Shown here piece after piece: positions 8,536 through 20,813 of a stretch of 54,052 bases of DNA. Numbering within the stretch: position 1 is the stretch's first letter; every line of letters begins with the position of its first letter. The DNA is taken from positions 1-54,052 of the forward strand of contig JBEEJQ010000001.1 of the NCBI GenBank assembly GCA_041169105.1, given 5' to 3'. The position numbers and the translations under genes were made by a program. The notes below the pieces were generated by a model, which was not told the DNA's origin, searched no databases, and saw nothing but the letters and a program-made list of their open reading frames with translations. The stretch is from Pseudomonadota bacterium (GTDB lineage Bacteria > Pseudomonadota > Gammaproteobacteria > Burkholderiales > Burkholderiaceae_C).

Positions 8536-9933
8536 TCAGCTGCCCGCCACCTTCATCCGGTTGACCAAGATGGAGCCCGTGGTTTTAGCGCCCATGTTGT
8601 AGGTGTCGGAGCCGATCGCTTCGATGCCCATGAACATGTCTTTCAAGTTGCCCGCAATAGTGATCTCATGCACCGGGTAGGCAATCTGGCCGTTTTCGAC
8701 CCAAAAACCGCTGGCACCACGCGAATAATCGCCCGTGACGTAGTTCACGCCCTGCCCCATCAGCTCGATCACGAACAGGCCAGTGCCCAGCTTTTGCAGC
8801 ATGGCGTCTAGGTCATCGCCAGCATGGGTCAGGCGAGAAGTCATCGTCAGGTTGTGCGAGCCACCCGCATTGCCAGTGGTCTTCATGCCCAGTTTTCGGG
8901 CCGAATAACTCGACAGGAAATACCCCTCGACCCGACCCCCTTTGACCACATGGCGCGCTGCAGAACGCACACCCTCGTCATCAAAAGGCGAGCTGCCTTT
9001 GCCACGCAGCACAAACGGGTCTTCGTGGATGTCGATGTGTTTGGGGAAGACTTTTTTACCCAGGGAGTCCAACAAAAAGCTGCTCTTGCGGTACAACGCA
9101 CCGCCGCTCACGGCCTGCACAAAGCCACCCAACAATCCCGCAGCGGCGGGTGATTCAAACAGCACCGGGCATTCGGTCGTGGCGATCTTGCGAGCGCCCA
9201 GGCGCGACAAGGCACGCTCGGCGGCGTAACGGCCCACCGCCTCGGGTGAGGCCAATTCATCGGCCGAACGCATGGAGCTGTACCAGGCGTCGCGCTGCAT
9301 TTCGGCGTTGCGGCCAGGCAGCTTGGCAATGGGCGCGACCGAAATGCTGTGGCGCGAACTGGCATAGCCACCGCGAAAGCCGTGGGTGTGGGCGCTGAAG
9401 AAATGGCTTTGCTGCGCTGACACGGCAGCGCCGTCGCTGTTGGTGATGCGGCGGCTGGTTTTGAGCGCGGCCGCTTCGCATTGCAGGGCCAGCTTGGCCG
9501 CTTCCTCGCTGTTGATGGACCATGGGTGAAACAGGTCCAGCTCGCGGTATTGAGTCTCAATGTCGGCCTCGTCGGGCAAGCCGGCGGTGGGGTCTTCGGC
9601 GGTGAAGCGGGCAATGTCAAACGCGGCTTGCACCGTGCGCTCGATGGCGGCTGTGGAAAAGTCCGAGGTGCTGGCATTGCCACGGCGATGCCCCACATAG
9701 ACCGTCACGCCGAGCGACTTATCGCGGTTGCGCTCCACGTTTTCCAGCTCGCCCTTGCGCACGCTGACCGACAGGCCGCAGCCTTCGGAGGCTTCCGCAC
9801 CGGCATTGGTGGCGCCCAGTTTCTTCGCATGGTGCAAGGCGGTGTCGACCAAGGACTCGAAGTGGTCACGCGAGTAGCTGAAACCATCGTGCGGCTCAGA
9901 ATTGGAAGCTTTGGCGGGTGCGTTTGGGTTCAC
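8536..9933 (-). CDS. pmbA: Metalloprotease PmbA (TldE)
   Basis: SVSVRKGELE, PFDDEGV, GNAGGSHNL, ELMGQGVNYVTGDYSRGASGFW, EITIAGNL; start uncertain (GTG 9933 chosen). Confidence 0.9.
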   Translation of the reverse strand: MNPNAPAKASNSEPHDGFSYSRDHFESLVDTALHHAKKLGATNAGAEASEGCGLSVSVRKGELENVERNRDKSLGVTVYVGHRRGNASTSDFSTAAIERTVQAAFDIARFTAEDPTAGLPDEADIETQYRELDLFHPWSINSEEAAKLALQCEAAALKTSRRITNSDGAAVSAQQSHFFSAHTHGFRGGYASSRHSISVAPIAKLPGRNAEMQRDAWYSSMRSADELASPEAVGRYAAERALSRLGARKIATTECPVLFESPAAAGLLGGFVQAVSGGALYRKSSFLLDSLGKKVFPKHIDIHEDPFVLRGKGSSPFDDEGVRSAARHVVKGGRVEGYFLSSYSARKLGMKTTGNAGGSHNLTMTSRLTHAGDDLDAMLQKLGTGLFVIELMGQGVNYVTGDYSRGASGFWVENGQIAYPVHEITIAGNLKDMFMGIEAIGSDTYNMGAKTTGSILVNRMKVAGS

Positions 9934-10036
9934 GGAATAAGTCTCAAAACAGAGGGTGGACGCGAAGCCCACAGTGGCCGCTATGATACTTGCCACCCAG
10001 CCTGTGCGCTGTCCTTGAGAACGAGTTCCCCCAGTC

Positions 10037-10693
10037 ATGTCCCGTAAACCCAAAAAAGGCTATTTCGTCCGTGGTCAATTTGTTGCCGAAGGCAGCGAAC
10101 TGGACCTGGAGTTCAAACGCGAACTCAAGTTCGGACTGGAAGGCCCCAGCCGCACCGAGCTCAAGCGCGAAAGCACCGAGTTGCAGGAATTGGGCACGCA
10201 ATTGCTGACCCTTCGCGCCGACTTGATGGCCGACCTGCCGCTGACCGACAAACTCAAGGACGCGCTGGCCGAGGCCAAGCGCATCACCAACTTTGAAGGC
10301 AAGCGCCGCCAGATGCAGTTCATCGGCAAACAAATGCGCCTGCAAGAGCCCGAAGTGCTGCAGGCCGTGCGCGATGCGCTTGAAATCCAGCGCCTGGGCA
10401 GCGCCAAAGACACCCAAGCCCTGCACCTGGCCGAAGCCTGGCGCGACCGACTGATCGCCGACGACACTGCCTTGGGCGAGTGGATCGCGCAATACCCGCA
10501 AACCGACACGCAGCAGCTGCGCGCCTTGGTGCGCCAAGCCCGCAAGGACGCGGTGCCCGTATCCAATGCTGCCGTATCGCAAGGCTTGGCACCCCGTCAA
10601 AGCCGCGCCTACCGCGAATTGTTCAAGCTGGTCCGCAGCATTCTGAGTGGCGGCCAAAGCGACGAGAGCCCCGAGGAGACCGAAGATGAGTGA
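10037..10693 (+). CDS. yjgA: Ribosome-associated protein YjgA/DarP (DUF615)
   Basis: PSRTELKRES..LQELG, EGKRRQMQFIGKQMR, WRDRL, QQLRALVRQARK; divergent from pmbA as commonly seen. Confidence 0.88.
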   Translation: MSRKPKKGYFVRGQFVAEGSELDLEFKRELKFGLEGPSRTELKRESTELQELGTQLLTLRADLMADLPLTDKLKDALAEAKRITNFEGKRRQMQFIGKQMRLQEPEVLQAVRDALEIQRLGSAKDTQALHLAEAWRDRLIADDTALGEWIAQYPQTDTQQLRALVRQARKDAVPVSNAAVSQGLAPRQSRAYRELFKLVRSILSGGQSDESPEETEDE

Positions 10694-11282
10694 CGCCCTT
10701 CATGACCCGATCAAGATCGGCATCGTGTCGATCAGTGACCGCGCCAGCACCGGTGTTTACGAAGACAAAGGCCTGCCCGCTTTGCAAGAGTGGCTCAGCC
10801 GCGCCTTGCTCAACCCGATCACCTTTGAGCCACGTCTGATTCCTGATGAAAAAGACCGCATCAGCGCCACCTTGATCGAACTGGTCGATGCCGGCTGCAG
10901 CCTGGTGCTGACCACCGGCGGCACAGGGCCAGCGCTGCGCGATGTGACCCCTGAAGCCACCTTGGCTGTGGCCGACAAGGAGATGCCCGGCTTTGGCGAG
11001 CAGATGCGCCAGATCAGCTTGAAGTTCGTGCCTACCGCCATCCTGTCACGCCAAGTGGCCGTCATTCGCGGCCAAAGCCTGATCATCAACCTGCCCGGTC
11101 AGCCCAAGTCCATCGCTGAAACCCTCGAAGGTCTCAAGGACGCTGAAGGCAAATCCGTGGTGCATGGCATTTTTGCGGCCGTGCCTTATTGCGTGGACCT
11201 GATTGGCGGTCCCTACATGGAAACGAACGACGAAGTCTGCAAGGCCTTCCGCCCCAAGACCGCCATTCGACCTTCGCGCTGA
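10686..11282 (+). CDS. mog: Molybdopterin adenylyltransferase
   Basis: ISDRASTGVYEDKG, LTTGGTGPALRDVTPEAT, PGFGEQMR, IINLPGQPKSI. Confidence 0.92.
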   Translation: MSDALHDPIKIGIVSISDRASTGVYEDKGLPALQEWLSRALLNPITFEPRLIPDEKDRISATLIELVDAGCSLVLTTGGTGPALRDVTPEATLAVADKEMPGFGEQMRQISLKFVPTAILSRQVAVIRGQSLIINLPGQPKSIAETLEGLKDAEGKSVVHGIFAAVPYCVDLIGGPYMETNDEVCKAFRPKTAIRPSR

Positions 11283-11285
11283 CCC

Positions 11286-11310
11286 GTCGGGGCTGAAGCC
11301 CCCGACCTAC
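11286..11310. repeat. Single REP unit, family A
   Basis: GTCGGGGCTGAAGCCCCCGACCTAC immediately after the mog stop. Confidence 0.85.
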
Positions 11311-11345
11311 AGTCACCCCCTCAGCCGGGGCTGCCCAACTGTCTT

Positions 11346-11355
11346 TGGGTATAAT
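11346..11355 (+). promoter_or_regulatory. Putative -10 element for rpoD
   Basis: TGGGTATAAT about 245 nt upstream of the rpoD ATG. Confidence 0.4.
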
Positions 11356-11600
11356 CCATTTTTCTCGGCAAGAGCGACAGCAGCACCTCCGGCTAGACCA
11401 CCGCCATCAGCGCGAAGCCCCCTATGGGTCGGTCACCGTTCCGCAAGGACTGCACTCCAAATGTTCGCCCTCCATCTTGCCATTGCAGTTTTAACGCCCA
11501 TATAGGACGTTGACCCTGTGTCTTAACAAGCCCGCGCCGGGATGTATTTGGCGCTGACTGTGTCTGTTTCCTTGTCTGTTTTGAAGTCTTGAGGTTGTTC

Positions 11601-14039
<2,439 letters not shown>

Positions 14040-14059
14040 GCCTGCCGATTGATAAAAAC

Positions 14060-14094
14060 AAAGCCTCCTTGCTGCAAAGCAAGGAGGCTTTTTT
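14060..14094 (+). terminator. Rho-independent terminator after rpoD
   Basis: AAAGCCTCCTTGCT-GCAA-AGCAAGGAGGCTTT followed by further Ts. Confidence 0.85.
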
Positions 14095-14126
14095 CATGGC
14101 AACGGCCCCCATGGGCCAAGCGCCGT

Positions 14127-14531
14127 TCAGCGCGACTGGGCTTTGTTTCCGTATGGGCAATGGTTGGGGCGCGGCCCCACCTGCGGGTGCAAGCGACAGG
14201 TGTTGGGTCGCTTGTCATAGACCGTGCAGCGCCGTGTCTTGGCATCCAGAAACTGGCAGTCCCCACTGGCACGACGCGCCAAACTGAAGATGCTGTTCTT
14301 GAAATTGAAGTGATCAATCAGCCCTGCCTTGGACAGGCGCTTGGCGATTTGCTTAGGGTCTTCGTGCTCGGCTTCAAACGGATCGACCAATTCCAGACGC
14401 ACCAGATCGGCCAGCTTGACCTCCACCGGCATGGTGCAGCAATTGGCGGCACAGCTGTCACACAAGCCGTTTTTGTAACGGGTCCAAGTTTCGCAACGGT
14501 CAACGTCGACAACAGAAATGGGAGACTTCAC
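14127..14531 (-). CDS. YkgJ-family CxxCxxCC putative Fe-S/zinc-chelating protein
   Basis: CDSCAANCC, DCQFLD, RCTVYDKRPNTCR. Confidence 0.8.
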   Translation of the reverse strand: MKSPISVVDVDRCETWTRYKNGLCDSCAANCCTMPVEVKLADLVRLELVDPFEAEHEDPKQIAKRLSKAGLIDHFNFKNSIFSLARRASGDCQFLDAKTRRCTVYDKRPNTCRLHPQVGPRPNHCPYGNKAQSR

Positions 14532-14594
14532 GGCATGACCTAAGGAGATGAAGTTCTGGATTATCCCCCGGTCACTGTCCTTGTGAGGAAGACA

Positions 14595-15251
14595 TCAAGT
14601 CAGGCACAGCGCCATCACGCCCGTGAGGTAAGCGTCCATCCAATGGGCCGACATGGGGCCGGACACCACCTGAATGGACGAAGCCCCGTCAAACGCCAAC
14701 GAGGACAGGCGTTGCTTGTGCTCGGTCACCACCACCACCGACAAGGGTGTGTGCCCCTTGTTGTTGAAGTTCTCCAGCACGCGCAGCGTCGTCTCTTGTT
14801 GTGCACAGGGCGAACACATCTCCAGCACCAGCATGTGCGGGCGTTTGCTGGACATCTCTAAAAACGCCTCGGTCACCGAATCAAAAAACGCCACATCCAC
14901 CACCTGAGCCCACTCGGCGCTGAATGCCATCAGGGGCTGGCGCAAGGGCTCCGATTCGACCACCACCATGACACTGGGTTTGGCCAAAGCCTTGACCGGG
15001 GTGCCCATGGCCATGCGTGCGACGTTTTGGTAATCGTTCACAGACTCCAAGGCGATGCGCCGATGCCCGCCACGGGTTTTCCAGCCCTTGAGGTCGCCCT
15101 GATCCACCAGGGTCTGCACCATGGTGGTGGACAAGCCCAGCATGTGCGCGGCGTCCGAGGTGCTCAAAAACGGCGGCACCTTGGTGTCGGTGCTTCGTTT
15201 GATCACCGTGGCTGGCTTCATCAAAGTCATTGATGCGATGGCATTGCCCAT
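14595..15251 (-). CDS. Excisionase/MerR-like HTH DNA-binding protein with a receiver-like C-terminal domain
   Basis: LSTSDAAHMLGLSTTMVQTLVDQGDLKGWKTRGGHRRI; GAGGAG RBS before ATG 15251. Confidence 0.75.
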   Translation of the reverse strand: MGNAIASMTLMKPATVIKRSTDTKVPPFLSTSDAAHMLGLSTTMVQTLVDQGDLKGWKTRGGHRRIALESVNDYQNVARMAMGTPVKALAKPSVMVVVESEPLRQPLMAFSAEWAQVVDVAFFDSVTEAFLEMSSKRPHMLVLEMCSPCAQQETTLRVLENFNNKGHTPLSVVVVTEHKQRLSSLAFDGASSIQVVSGPMSAHWMDAYLTGVMALCLT

Positions 15252-15374
15252 GGCTTTTCTCCTCAATCATGTGGGATGAACGCTGCTGGACGCAGCGCAT
15301 CGGATACAGGAGAAATTAACGCCGAATGTGTGCTGAATTTCTCAACAGCTGTAAGCCCCAGCGCCTGCCTGCGC

Positions 15375-16409
15375 TCAAGCCTGCAAGCGGACCGCCAACT
15401 TGCCGAACTGCTGACCACTGGCCAGGCGGTCCAGTGCAATGTGGATGTCGTCCAGCGCATACGTGCGCTCGATCAGGGGGCGCACGCCGTGCTGCGCACA
15501 AAAGCGGGTCAATTGCTGGAGTTCTTCCAGATTGCCCAAGGTCGAGCCCAATATTTGCAGTTGGCGAATGAACACCCGGCGCAAGTCGGCCCCGGGTTGA
15601 TCGCCCGTGGTGGCCCCGCAGGTCACGATGCGCCCACCGCGCACGGCCGAGCGCAAGGCGCTGTCCCACACCGCCGCGCCCACGTTCTCAAACACCACAT
15701 CCACCCCGCGTTTGGCGGTCAGGCGCATGACCTCCTGCACCACATCTTGCTCTTGGCTGTGGATGGCCGCATCGGCCCCCAGCGCCAGCGCACGGTCCAA
15801 TTTGTCACGACTTGTGGAAGTGACAAAGACACGTGCGCCCAGGGCCTTGGCCAATTGCAAACCCGCCAGCGACACACCCCCGCCAATGCCAAAAATCAGC
15901 ACCGTCTCGCCCGCTTTCAACCGGGCACGGCTGGTCAGCATGCGCCAGGCCGTGAGGTGGTTCACGCCCAGCGCGGCCGCTTCTTCAAAGCGCCAGCCCT
16001 GTGGCATGGGCACCAAATTGCGGGCGGGCACGCTGATGTATTCAGACAAAGTGCCGTCGCGGTGCTCGCCCATCAAGCTCATGCGGGTGCACAGCACCTC
16101 TTCGCCGCTTTGGCAAAACTCGCAGGTGCCGCACACCACGGCGGGGTAGACCAGCACTTTTTGACCGAGGTGCAGGCCGTGATCGCCCGCATCCAGCGCC
16201 TCAATGACGCCCGCGCCATCGAGCCCCATGGTCTGCGGCAGCGTGTGGGTGATGCCCGCGCCACTGTCGCGCATGTACAGGTCCACCCGGTTGAGCGTGG
16301 CCGCATGCATGCGCACCAGCACTTCGCCCGGCTGGCGCTCAGGCGCGGGCCGTTCGCCCACGGCCACCACTTCGTTGCCACCATGGCCTGTGAGGTAAAC
16401 GGCTTTCAT
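15375..16409 (-). CDS. Zinc-binding alcohol dehydrogenase / quinone oxidoreductase (MDR family)
   Basis: CGTCEFC structural Zn motif, LIFGIGGGV, GGRIVTCGATTG, QFGKLAV. Confidence 0.85.
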   Translation of the reverse strand: MKAVYLTGHGGNEVVAVGERPAPERQPGEVLVRMHAATLNRVDLYMRDSGAGITHTLPQTMGLDGAGVIEALDAGDHGLHLGQKVLVYPAVVCGTCEFCQSGEEVLCTRMSLMGEHRDGTLSEYISVPARNLVPMPQGWRFEEAAALGVNHLTAWRMLTSRARLKAGETVLIFGIGGGVSLAGLQLAKALGARVFVTSTSRDKLDRALALGADAAIHSQEQDVVQEVMRLTAKRGVDVVFENVGAAVWDSALRSAVRGGRIVTCGATTGDQPGADLRRVFIRQLQILGSTLGNLEELQQLTRFCAQHGVRPLIERTYALDDIHIALDRLASGQQFGKLAVRLQA

Positions 16410-16427
16410 CGGGCTGTCCTTGTGTGT

Positions 16428-17042
16428 TCAGGCCGCCTGCGCTTGGCCCCAGTAGTGAAAAGTCATGGGTCGCGGCCCCGACAAATAAGCCGAATGCGTG
16501 TCGGCCGCAAAGCCCGCCTCGGCCAACAGTTCAGGAATATCGCGCCCCAGCTGGCAGCCCCCGGCCAAGGGTCCCCACAGCGGCTGCAGCCGGTCTTGCC
16601 AGCGGCGAACGCCTTCGTCGGGTGCTCGGCCGTGCTCGCAAAACAACAGCTTGCCGCCCGGCACCAGCACCCGGCGCATCTCGCGCAGGGCCTGCACCGC
16701 ATCGGGAATGCTGCACAGCGTGTAGGTGCAGACCACCGTGTCAAAGCTGGCATTGGCGGTGGGCAATTGCTCGGCCGACAGGCCCATCAACTCCACCGCA
16801 ATGCCCGCTTTTTGGCTGCGCTTATGGGCCAGGCGGTGCATCTGCATGGCCGGATCCACGCCCACCAGACGGGTGATGCGGCTGCGGTCGTAAAACGGCA
16901 GATTGCGCCCGGTGCCCATGCCGACCTCCAGCACCCTGCCTTGCGCTTGGGGCACCAACTGGCGGCGCTGCTTTTGCACCATGGGCAGGCCGCAGGCCAT
17001 GTCGATCAAGTAAGGAAGCAAGTGACGGTCGTACCAATTCAT
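16428..17042 (-). CDS. Class I SAM-dependent methyltransferase
   Basis: VLEVGMGTG, SFDTVVCTYTLCSI, LVPGGKLLFCEHG. Confidence 0.85.
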   Translation of the reverse strand: MNWYDRHLLPYLIDMACGLPMVQKQRRQLVPQAQGRVLEVGMGTGRNLPFYDRSRITRLVGVDPAMQMHRLAHKRSQKAGIAVELMGLSAEQLPTANASFDTVVCTYTLCSIPDAVQALREMRRVLVPGGKLLFCEHGRAPDEGVRRWQDRLQPLWGPLAGGCQLGRDIPELLAEAGFAADTHSAYLSGPRPMTFHYWGQAQAA

Positions 17043-17071
17043 GGGGGTATTGTCACTGGGCTTCTCATAAG

Positions 17072-17143
17072 ATGGGTTCCCCGGTCAAGCCGGGGGATGA
17101 CAGTGAAAAGATTGTCATCCTCGGGCTTGACCCGAGGATCCAT
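17072..17143. repeat. Inverted pair of CGTC/GTCAT-type REP-like palindromes (family B)
   Basis: ATGGGTTCCCCGGTCAAGCCGGGGGATGACA and TGTCATCCTCGGGCTTGACCCGAGGATCCAT; each is a hairpin and they are imperfect inverted copies. Confidence 0.75.
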
Positions 17144-17155
17144 GACCCAACACCA

Positions 17156-19201
17156 TCAGCCTTTTTTAGCAACCAAGGTCAAGATGTCGTAGCTGGCCAC
17201 GACTTCGCCCAGCTGGTTGGTCACTTCCACGTCCCAAGCCACCACGCCTTGGCCCACGCCGTTGGCGTCTTTCTTGTTGCGGTCGATCTTGCGTTTGGCC
17301 GTCAGACGCGCTTGGATGGTGTCACCAATGCCCACGGGCTTGACGAAGCGCAGGGTATCCAGACCGTAGTTGGCCAACACCGGGCCGGGCGCGGGCGACA
17401 CAAACAAGCCCGCAGCGGCCGACAACACAAAGTAGCCGTGCGCGATGCGCTTGCCAAACGGCGAATCCTTGGCCGCGATCTCGTCGAAGTGCATGTAGAA
17501 ATAGTCACCCGACAGGCCGCCAAAGGCCACGATGTCGGCCTCGCCCACGGTGCGGCGGTGGGTCAGCAGGCTATCGCCAATTTGAAGCTCTTCAAAGTAG
17601 CGGCGGAAAGGGTGAACCTCGGTCTCGATCAGCTTGGCCCCGCGCATGTATTCGCCCGTGACGGCGGCGATCATGCTGGGCGAACCTTGCAGCGCGGTGC
17701 GCTGCATCAGGTGCTTGACGGCGCGGATGCCGCCGAGTTCTTCACCACCACCTGCGCGGCCAGGGCCACCGTGTTTGAGGGGTGGCAGCGGCGAGCCGTG
17801 GCCTGTGGATTCCACAGCCGATTCACGGTCGAGGATGTGCAGGCGACCATGCAAAGCCGCCGCTACAGGGATCACACGGGCCGCAATTTGCGGGTCTTTG
17901 GTGACCAGCGTGCCGACCAAGCTGCCCTGACCGCGTGCGGCCAGTTGCAGGGCTTCGTCGATGCCCTCGTAGGGCATGAGCGTACTCACGGGGCCAAAGG
18001 CTTCCACGTCGTGCACGCTGTCGGTTTGCAGGGGCTTTTGGCACAGCAGCAGGGTGGGCTGGAAGAAAGCACCACCTTCGACGCCCTGCCCCACGGGTGC
18101 GAAATCAGCATCACCGCCAAACACCAGCTCAGCGCTTTGACGCAGCAAGGCCACGCGCTCGGCCACATCGGCTTGTTGCGAATGTGAGGCCAGTGCGCCC
18201 ATCTTCACGCCCTCGACGGATGGGTCGCCCACCACCACTTTGGCCAGGCGGGCCTTAAGCTTTTCAGCCACGGCATCCAGGTGCTGACGCGGCACGATGG
18301 CGCGGCGAATGGCCGTGCACTTCTGGCCCGCCTTGACGGTCATCTCCCGGGCGACTTCTTTGACGAACAGGTCAAACTCTTCGTCGTCTGGCGTCACATC
18401 GGGTGCGAGGATGGCGCAGTTGAGCGAGTCGGCTTCGGCATTGAAGGGGATGCTGTGCTTGACCACATTGGGGTGCACGCGCAGCATGGCAGCGGTGTCG
18501 GCCGAGCCTGTGAAGGTCACCACGTCCTGGCCGTTCAGGCGGTCCAGCAAATCGCCGGTGGAGCCGATCACCAGCTGCAAAGCGCCCGCAGGCAAGATGC
18601 CCGATTGCTCGACCAGGCGCACCATGGCCTCGGTCAGGTAACTGGTGGACGAAGCGGGTTTGCCAATGCAAGGCATGCCCGCCAAAAAGCTGGGCGCGAA
18701 CTTTTCCAAGAGGCCCCAGATAGGGAAATTGAAGGCGTTGATGTGCACCGCGATGCCACCACGCGGCACCAGGATGTGCGTGCCGGCAAAGCCGCCTTTT
18801 TTGCCCAACGGGAAGGCTGGGCCTTCGTGGATCAGGTTGCCACTGGGCAGCTCGTTGCTGCCCATGCCGGAATACGCGAACAGCGTGCCCGCGCCACCCT
18901 CGATGTCCACCCAGCTGTCAGCGCGGGTGGCGCCGGTGTGGGCCGAGATGGCATAAAGGGTCTCCTTGTGTTCGCCCAGGTATTTGGCCAGGGCCTTGAG
19001 GCGCTGGGCGCGTTCCTGAAAGTCGAGCTTGAGCAAATTGGGCAGGCCCACGGTGCGGGCGTAATGCACGGCATCGCCAAAGTCGATGGCCTCGGCATGG
19101 GTTTGGTAAACCGTCTGGCCATTGATGGCGCTGCGCAAGGCTTGCGCGCCTTGCTGGCCGATCCATTGGCCACCGATGAAACTTTGCAGGACTTGGGACA
19201 T
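17156..19201 (-). CDS. paaZ: Phenylacetate degradation bifunctional protein (aldehyde dehydrogenase + MaoC hydratase)
   Basis: [49 protein letters not shown]-terminal MaoC RIAHGYF. Confidence 0.92.
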   Translation of the reverse strand: MSQVLQSFIGGQWIGQQGAQALRSAINGQTVYQTHAEAIDFGDAVHYARTVGLPNLLKLDFQERAQRLKALAKYLGEHKETLYAISAHTGATRADSWVDIEGGAGTLFAYSGMGSNELPSGNLIHEGPAFPLGKKGGFAGTHILVPRGGIAVHINAFNFPIWGLLEKFAPSFLAGMPCIGKPASSTSYLTEAMVRLVEQSGILPAGALQLVIGSTGDLLDRLNGQDVVTFTGSADTAAMLRVHPNVVKHSIPFNAEADSLNCAILAPDVTPDDEEFDLFVKEVAREMTVKAGQKCTAIRRAIVPRQHLDAVAEKLKARLAKVVVGDPSVEGVKMGALASHSQQADVAERVALLRQSAELVFGGDADFAPVGQGVEGGAFFQPTLLLCQKPLQTDSVHDVEAFGPVSTLMPYEGIDEALQLAARGQGSLVGTLVTKDPQIAARVIPVAAALHGRLHILDRESAVESTGHGSPLPPLKHGGPGRAGGGEELGGIRAVKHLMQRTALQGSPSMIAAVTGEYMRGAKLIETEVHPFRRYFEELQIGDSLLTHRRTVGEADIVAFGGLSGDYFYMHFDEIAAKDSPFGKRIAHGYFVLSAAAGLFVSPAPGPVLANYGLDTLRFVKPVGIGDTIQARLTAKRKIDRNKKDANGVGQGVVAWDVEVTNQLGEVVASYDILTLVAKKG

Positions 19202-19240
19202 GGAGGAAGCTTTCTGTGAAGTTCAAACCCAGTCTGGATG

Positions 19241-19268
19241 AATTAACCAACCGGGCGGTCGGTTAATT
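19241..19268. promoter_or_regulatory. Palindromic operator upstream of paaZ, likely a TetR-type PaaR site
   Basis: AATTAACCAACCG-GG-CGGTCGGTTAATT, 13-bp arms with one mismatch, 40 nt upstream of paaZ. Confidence 0.65.
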
Positions 19269-19341
19269 CTAGTCGGTTTGCCCGGCACACCCAAGGTCCG
19301 AAACACAGGGGTTTTCCCATGTGTCCCGTCAAGCCGGGCCA

Positions 19342-19417
19342 GTAGGTCGGCACCTTCAGGTCCGACGTTTTTGGGCTTCGGCGAAGACCCATGTCGGGGC
19401 TGAAGCCTCCGACCTAC
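19342..19417. repeat. GTAG-family REP doublet, family A (two variant arms)
   Basis: GTAGGTCGGCACCTTCAGGTCCGAC (19342-19366) and GTCGGGGCTGAAGCCTCCGACCTAC (19393-19417). Confidence 0.88.
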
Positions 19418-19431
19418 AAGCCCACAAAAAA

Positions 19432-20277
19432 TCAGGCTACCTCGAACGCCATCAAACCCGTGGCCGTGTTGGAGATCGGGATGTGGTAATTGCGGTGCAC
19501 TTCCTTCACGCGAGGGCCGGCTGTCGAGAGGGCCGCACGCATGGCCAGCCACATCAGCAGCTCCACGCCTTGCGTGCCGGTTTTTTCCACCAGCTCCAGT
19601 GTGCTGAACTGGGTAGCCCATTCGGGGTTGCTGACCAAGCTGTCCATGAACTGCAGGTCAAACGCTTTGTTGATGAAGCCTGCGCGCTCACCGTCAAGCT
19701 GGTGGCTCAGGCCCCCCGAAGCGCAGACCACGACTTTTTTGCTGCTGTCCCAAGCGGCAATCGCTTCGCCCACCGCCTTCCCCAGGGCATAGACACGCTT
19801 GGCCGAGGGCAGCGGAAACTGCACGGTGTTGATGTTGATGGGCACGATGGTCACGGGCGCTTCGCCTTCGGGCCAAAAGAGTTTCAGCGGCAAAGTGCAG
19901 GCATGGTCCACCAACATGTCCTGACAGGTCACGATGTCGAAGTCCTTGCCGATCAGCGTGTTGATGATCTGCCACGACAGATCGACCTCGCCTTTGAAAG
20001 GCGGCAGCGTGGGGATGCCCCAGCCTTCGTCAGCGTTGTTGTACTGGGGCGCGGCCCCCACAGCAAAGGTGGGCATCTTGTCGAGGAAAAAGTTCAGGCC
20101 ATGGTCGTTGTAGAACATGACGACCACATCGGGCTTTTGCTCGCCCAGCCACTTTTGCACGGGAGGGTAGCCGGCAAAGAACGGGGCCCAGTACGGATCG
20201 GCCTGAATGCCTTTGTGGATCGCGCCGCCAATGGCAGGAATGTGGGAGGTGGCGAGTCCGCCAATGAGTTGGGCCAT
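19432..20277 (-). CDS. ligB: Protocatechuate 4,5-dioxygenase-like beta subunit (class III extradiol dioxygenase)
   Basis: TSHIPAIG, FYNDHG, VDHA, SGGLSHQLDGERAGFIN, QGVELLMW. Confidence 0.82.
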   Translation of the reverse strand: MAQLIGGLATSHIPAIGGAIHKGIQADPYWAPFFAGYPPVQKWLGEQKPDVVVMFYNDHGLNFFLDKMPTFAVGAAPQYNNADEGWGIPTLPPFKGEVDLSWQIINTLIGKDFDIVTCQDMLVDHACTLPLKLFWPEGEAPVTIVPININTVQFPLPSAKRVYALGKAVGEAIAAWDSSKKVVVCASGGLSHQLDGERAGFINKAFDLQFMDSLVSNPEWATQFSTLELVEKTGTQGVELLMWLAMRAALSTAGPRVKEVHRNYHIPISNTATGLMAFEVA

Positions 20278-20304
20278 GGTGTTTGTCCTTTGATTGTTTG
20301 TTTT

Positions 20305-20375
20305 GTAGGTCGGACCTTCAGGTCCGACAATTGGTGTGTGCGGGCAACAAGTCGGGTCTCAAGCCGCCGACCTCC
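20305..20375. repeat. GTAG-family REP doublet, family A, right arm degenerate
   Basis: GTAGGTCGGACCTTCAGGTCCGAC (20305-20328) and GTCGGGTCTCAAGCCGCCGACCTCC (20351-20375), between ligA and ligB. Confidence 0.8.
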
Positions 20376-20384
20376 CCCTAAAAC

Positions 20385-20729
20385 TCAGGCGTAAGCGCGC
20401 AGCTTGGCCTTGAATTCGTCTTTGCTCATGCCGGTTTGCTGTGCGCCGATGTCCTGCATGTCCAGGCCAAAGATGCCCGCGAACTTGGCCAGGTAATAGG
20501 CATTGCCGCCTGCAGCAATCAAGTCCAGCACCTGACGAGAACGGATCGCGGCCTTTTGCGCGTCGCTCAATCCGTATTGGGTCATGTAGCCCTCTTCGTC
20601 GGCCTTGAATGCGGCGCGGTTCTCAGCCGCGTTGAACGAAAAACACATCTTGTTGAGGGCATAACCTTTGCGAGCCATGTCGCCGTCAAACGGGGTGGTG
20701 CCTTCAATGGGGTGTGGCTTTGAGGTCAT
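20385..20729 (-). CDS. ligA: Protocatechuate 4,5-dioxygenase-like alpha subunit
   Basis: ARKGYALNKMCFSF...NRAAFKADEEGY...GGNAYYLAK. Confidence 0.85.
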   Translation of the reverse strand: MTSKPHPIEGTTPFDGDMARKGYALNKMCFSFNAAENRAAFKADEEGYMTQYGLSDAQKAAIRSRQVLDLIAAGGNAYYLAKFAGIFGLDMQDIGAQQTGMSKDEFKAKLRAYA

Positions 20730-20813
20730 CTGGATGCTCCATCAGGTGGGTTGATGGGCTGAAGTATCCCGGCCCCATTGCCAAAAATAAACAGATGAAT
20801 CATCATATAACCC

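Noticed and set aside
14595-15251. Excisionase as a sign of a prophage or ICE
   Set aside because: No integrase, att-like tRNA or phage genes nearby; the HTH is fused to a regulator-like domain
15276-19219. Long plus-strand ORFs (638, 371 and 312 aa)
   Set aside because: Antisense shadows of the MDR dehydrogenase, methyltransferase and paaZ
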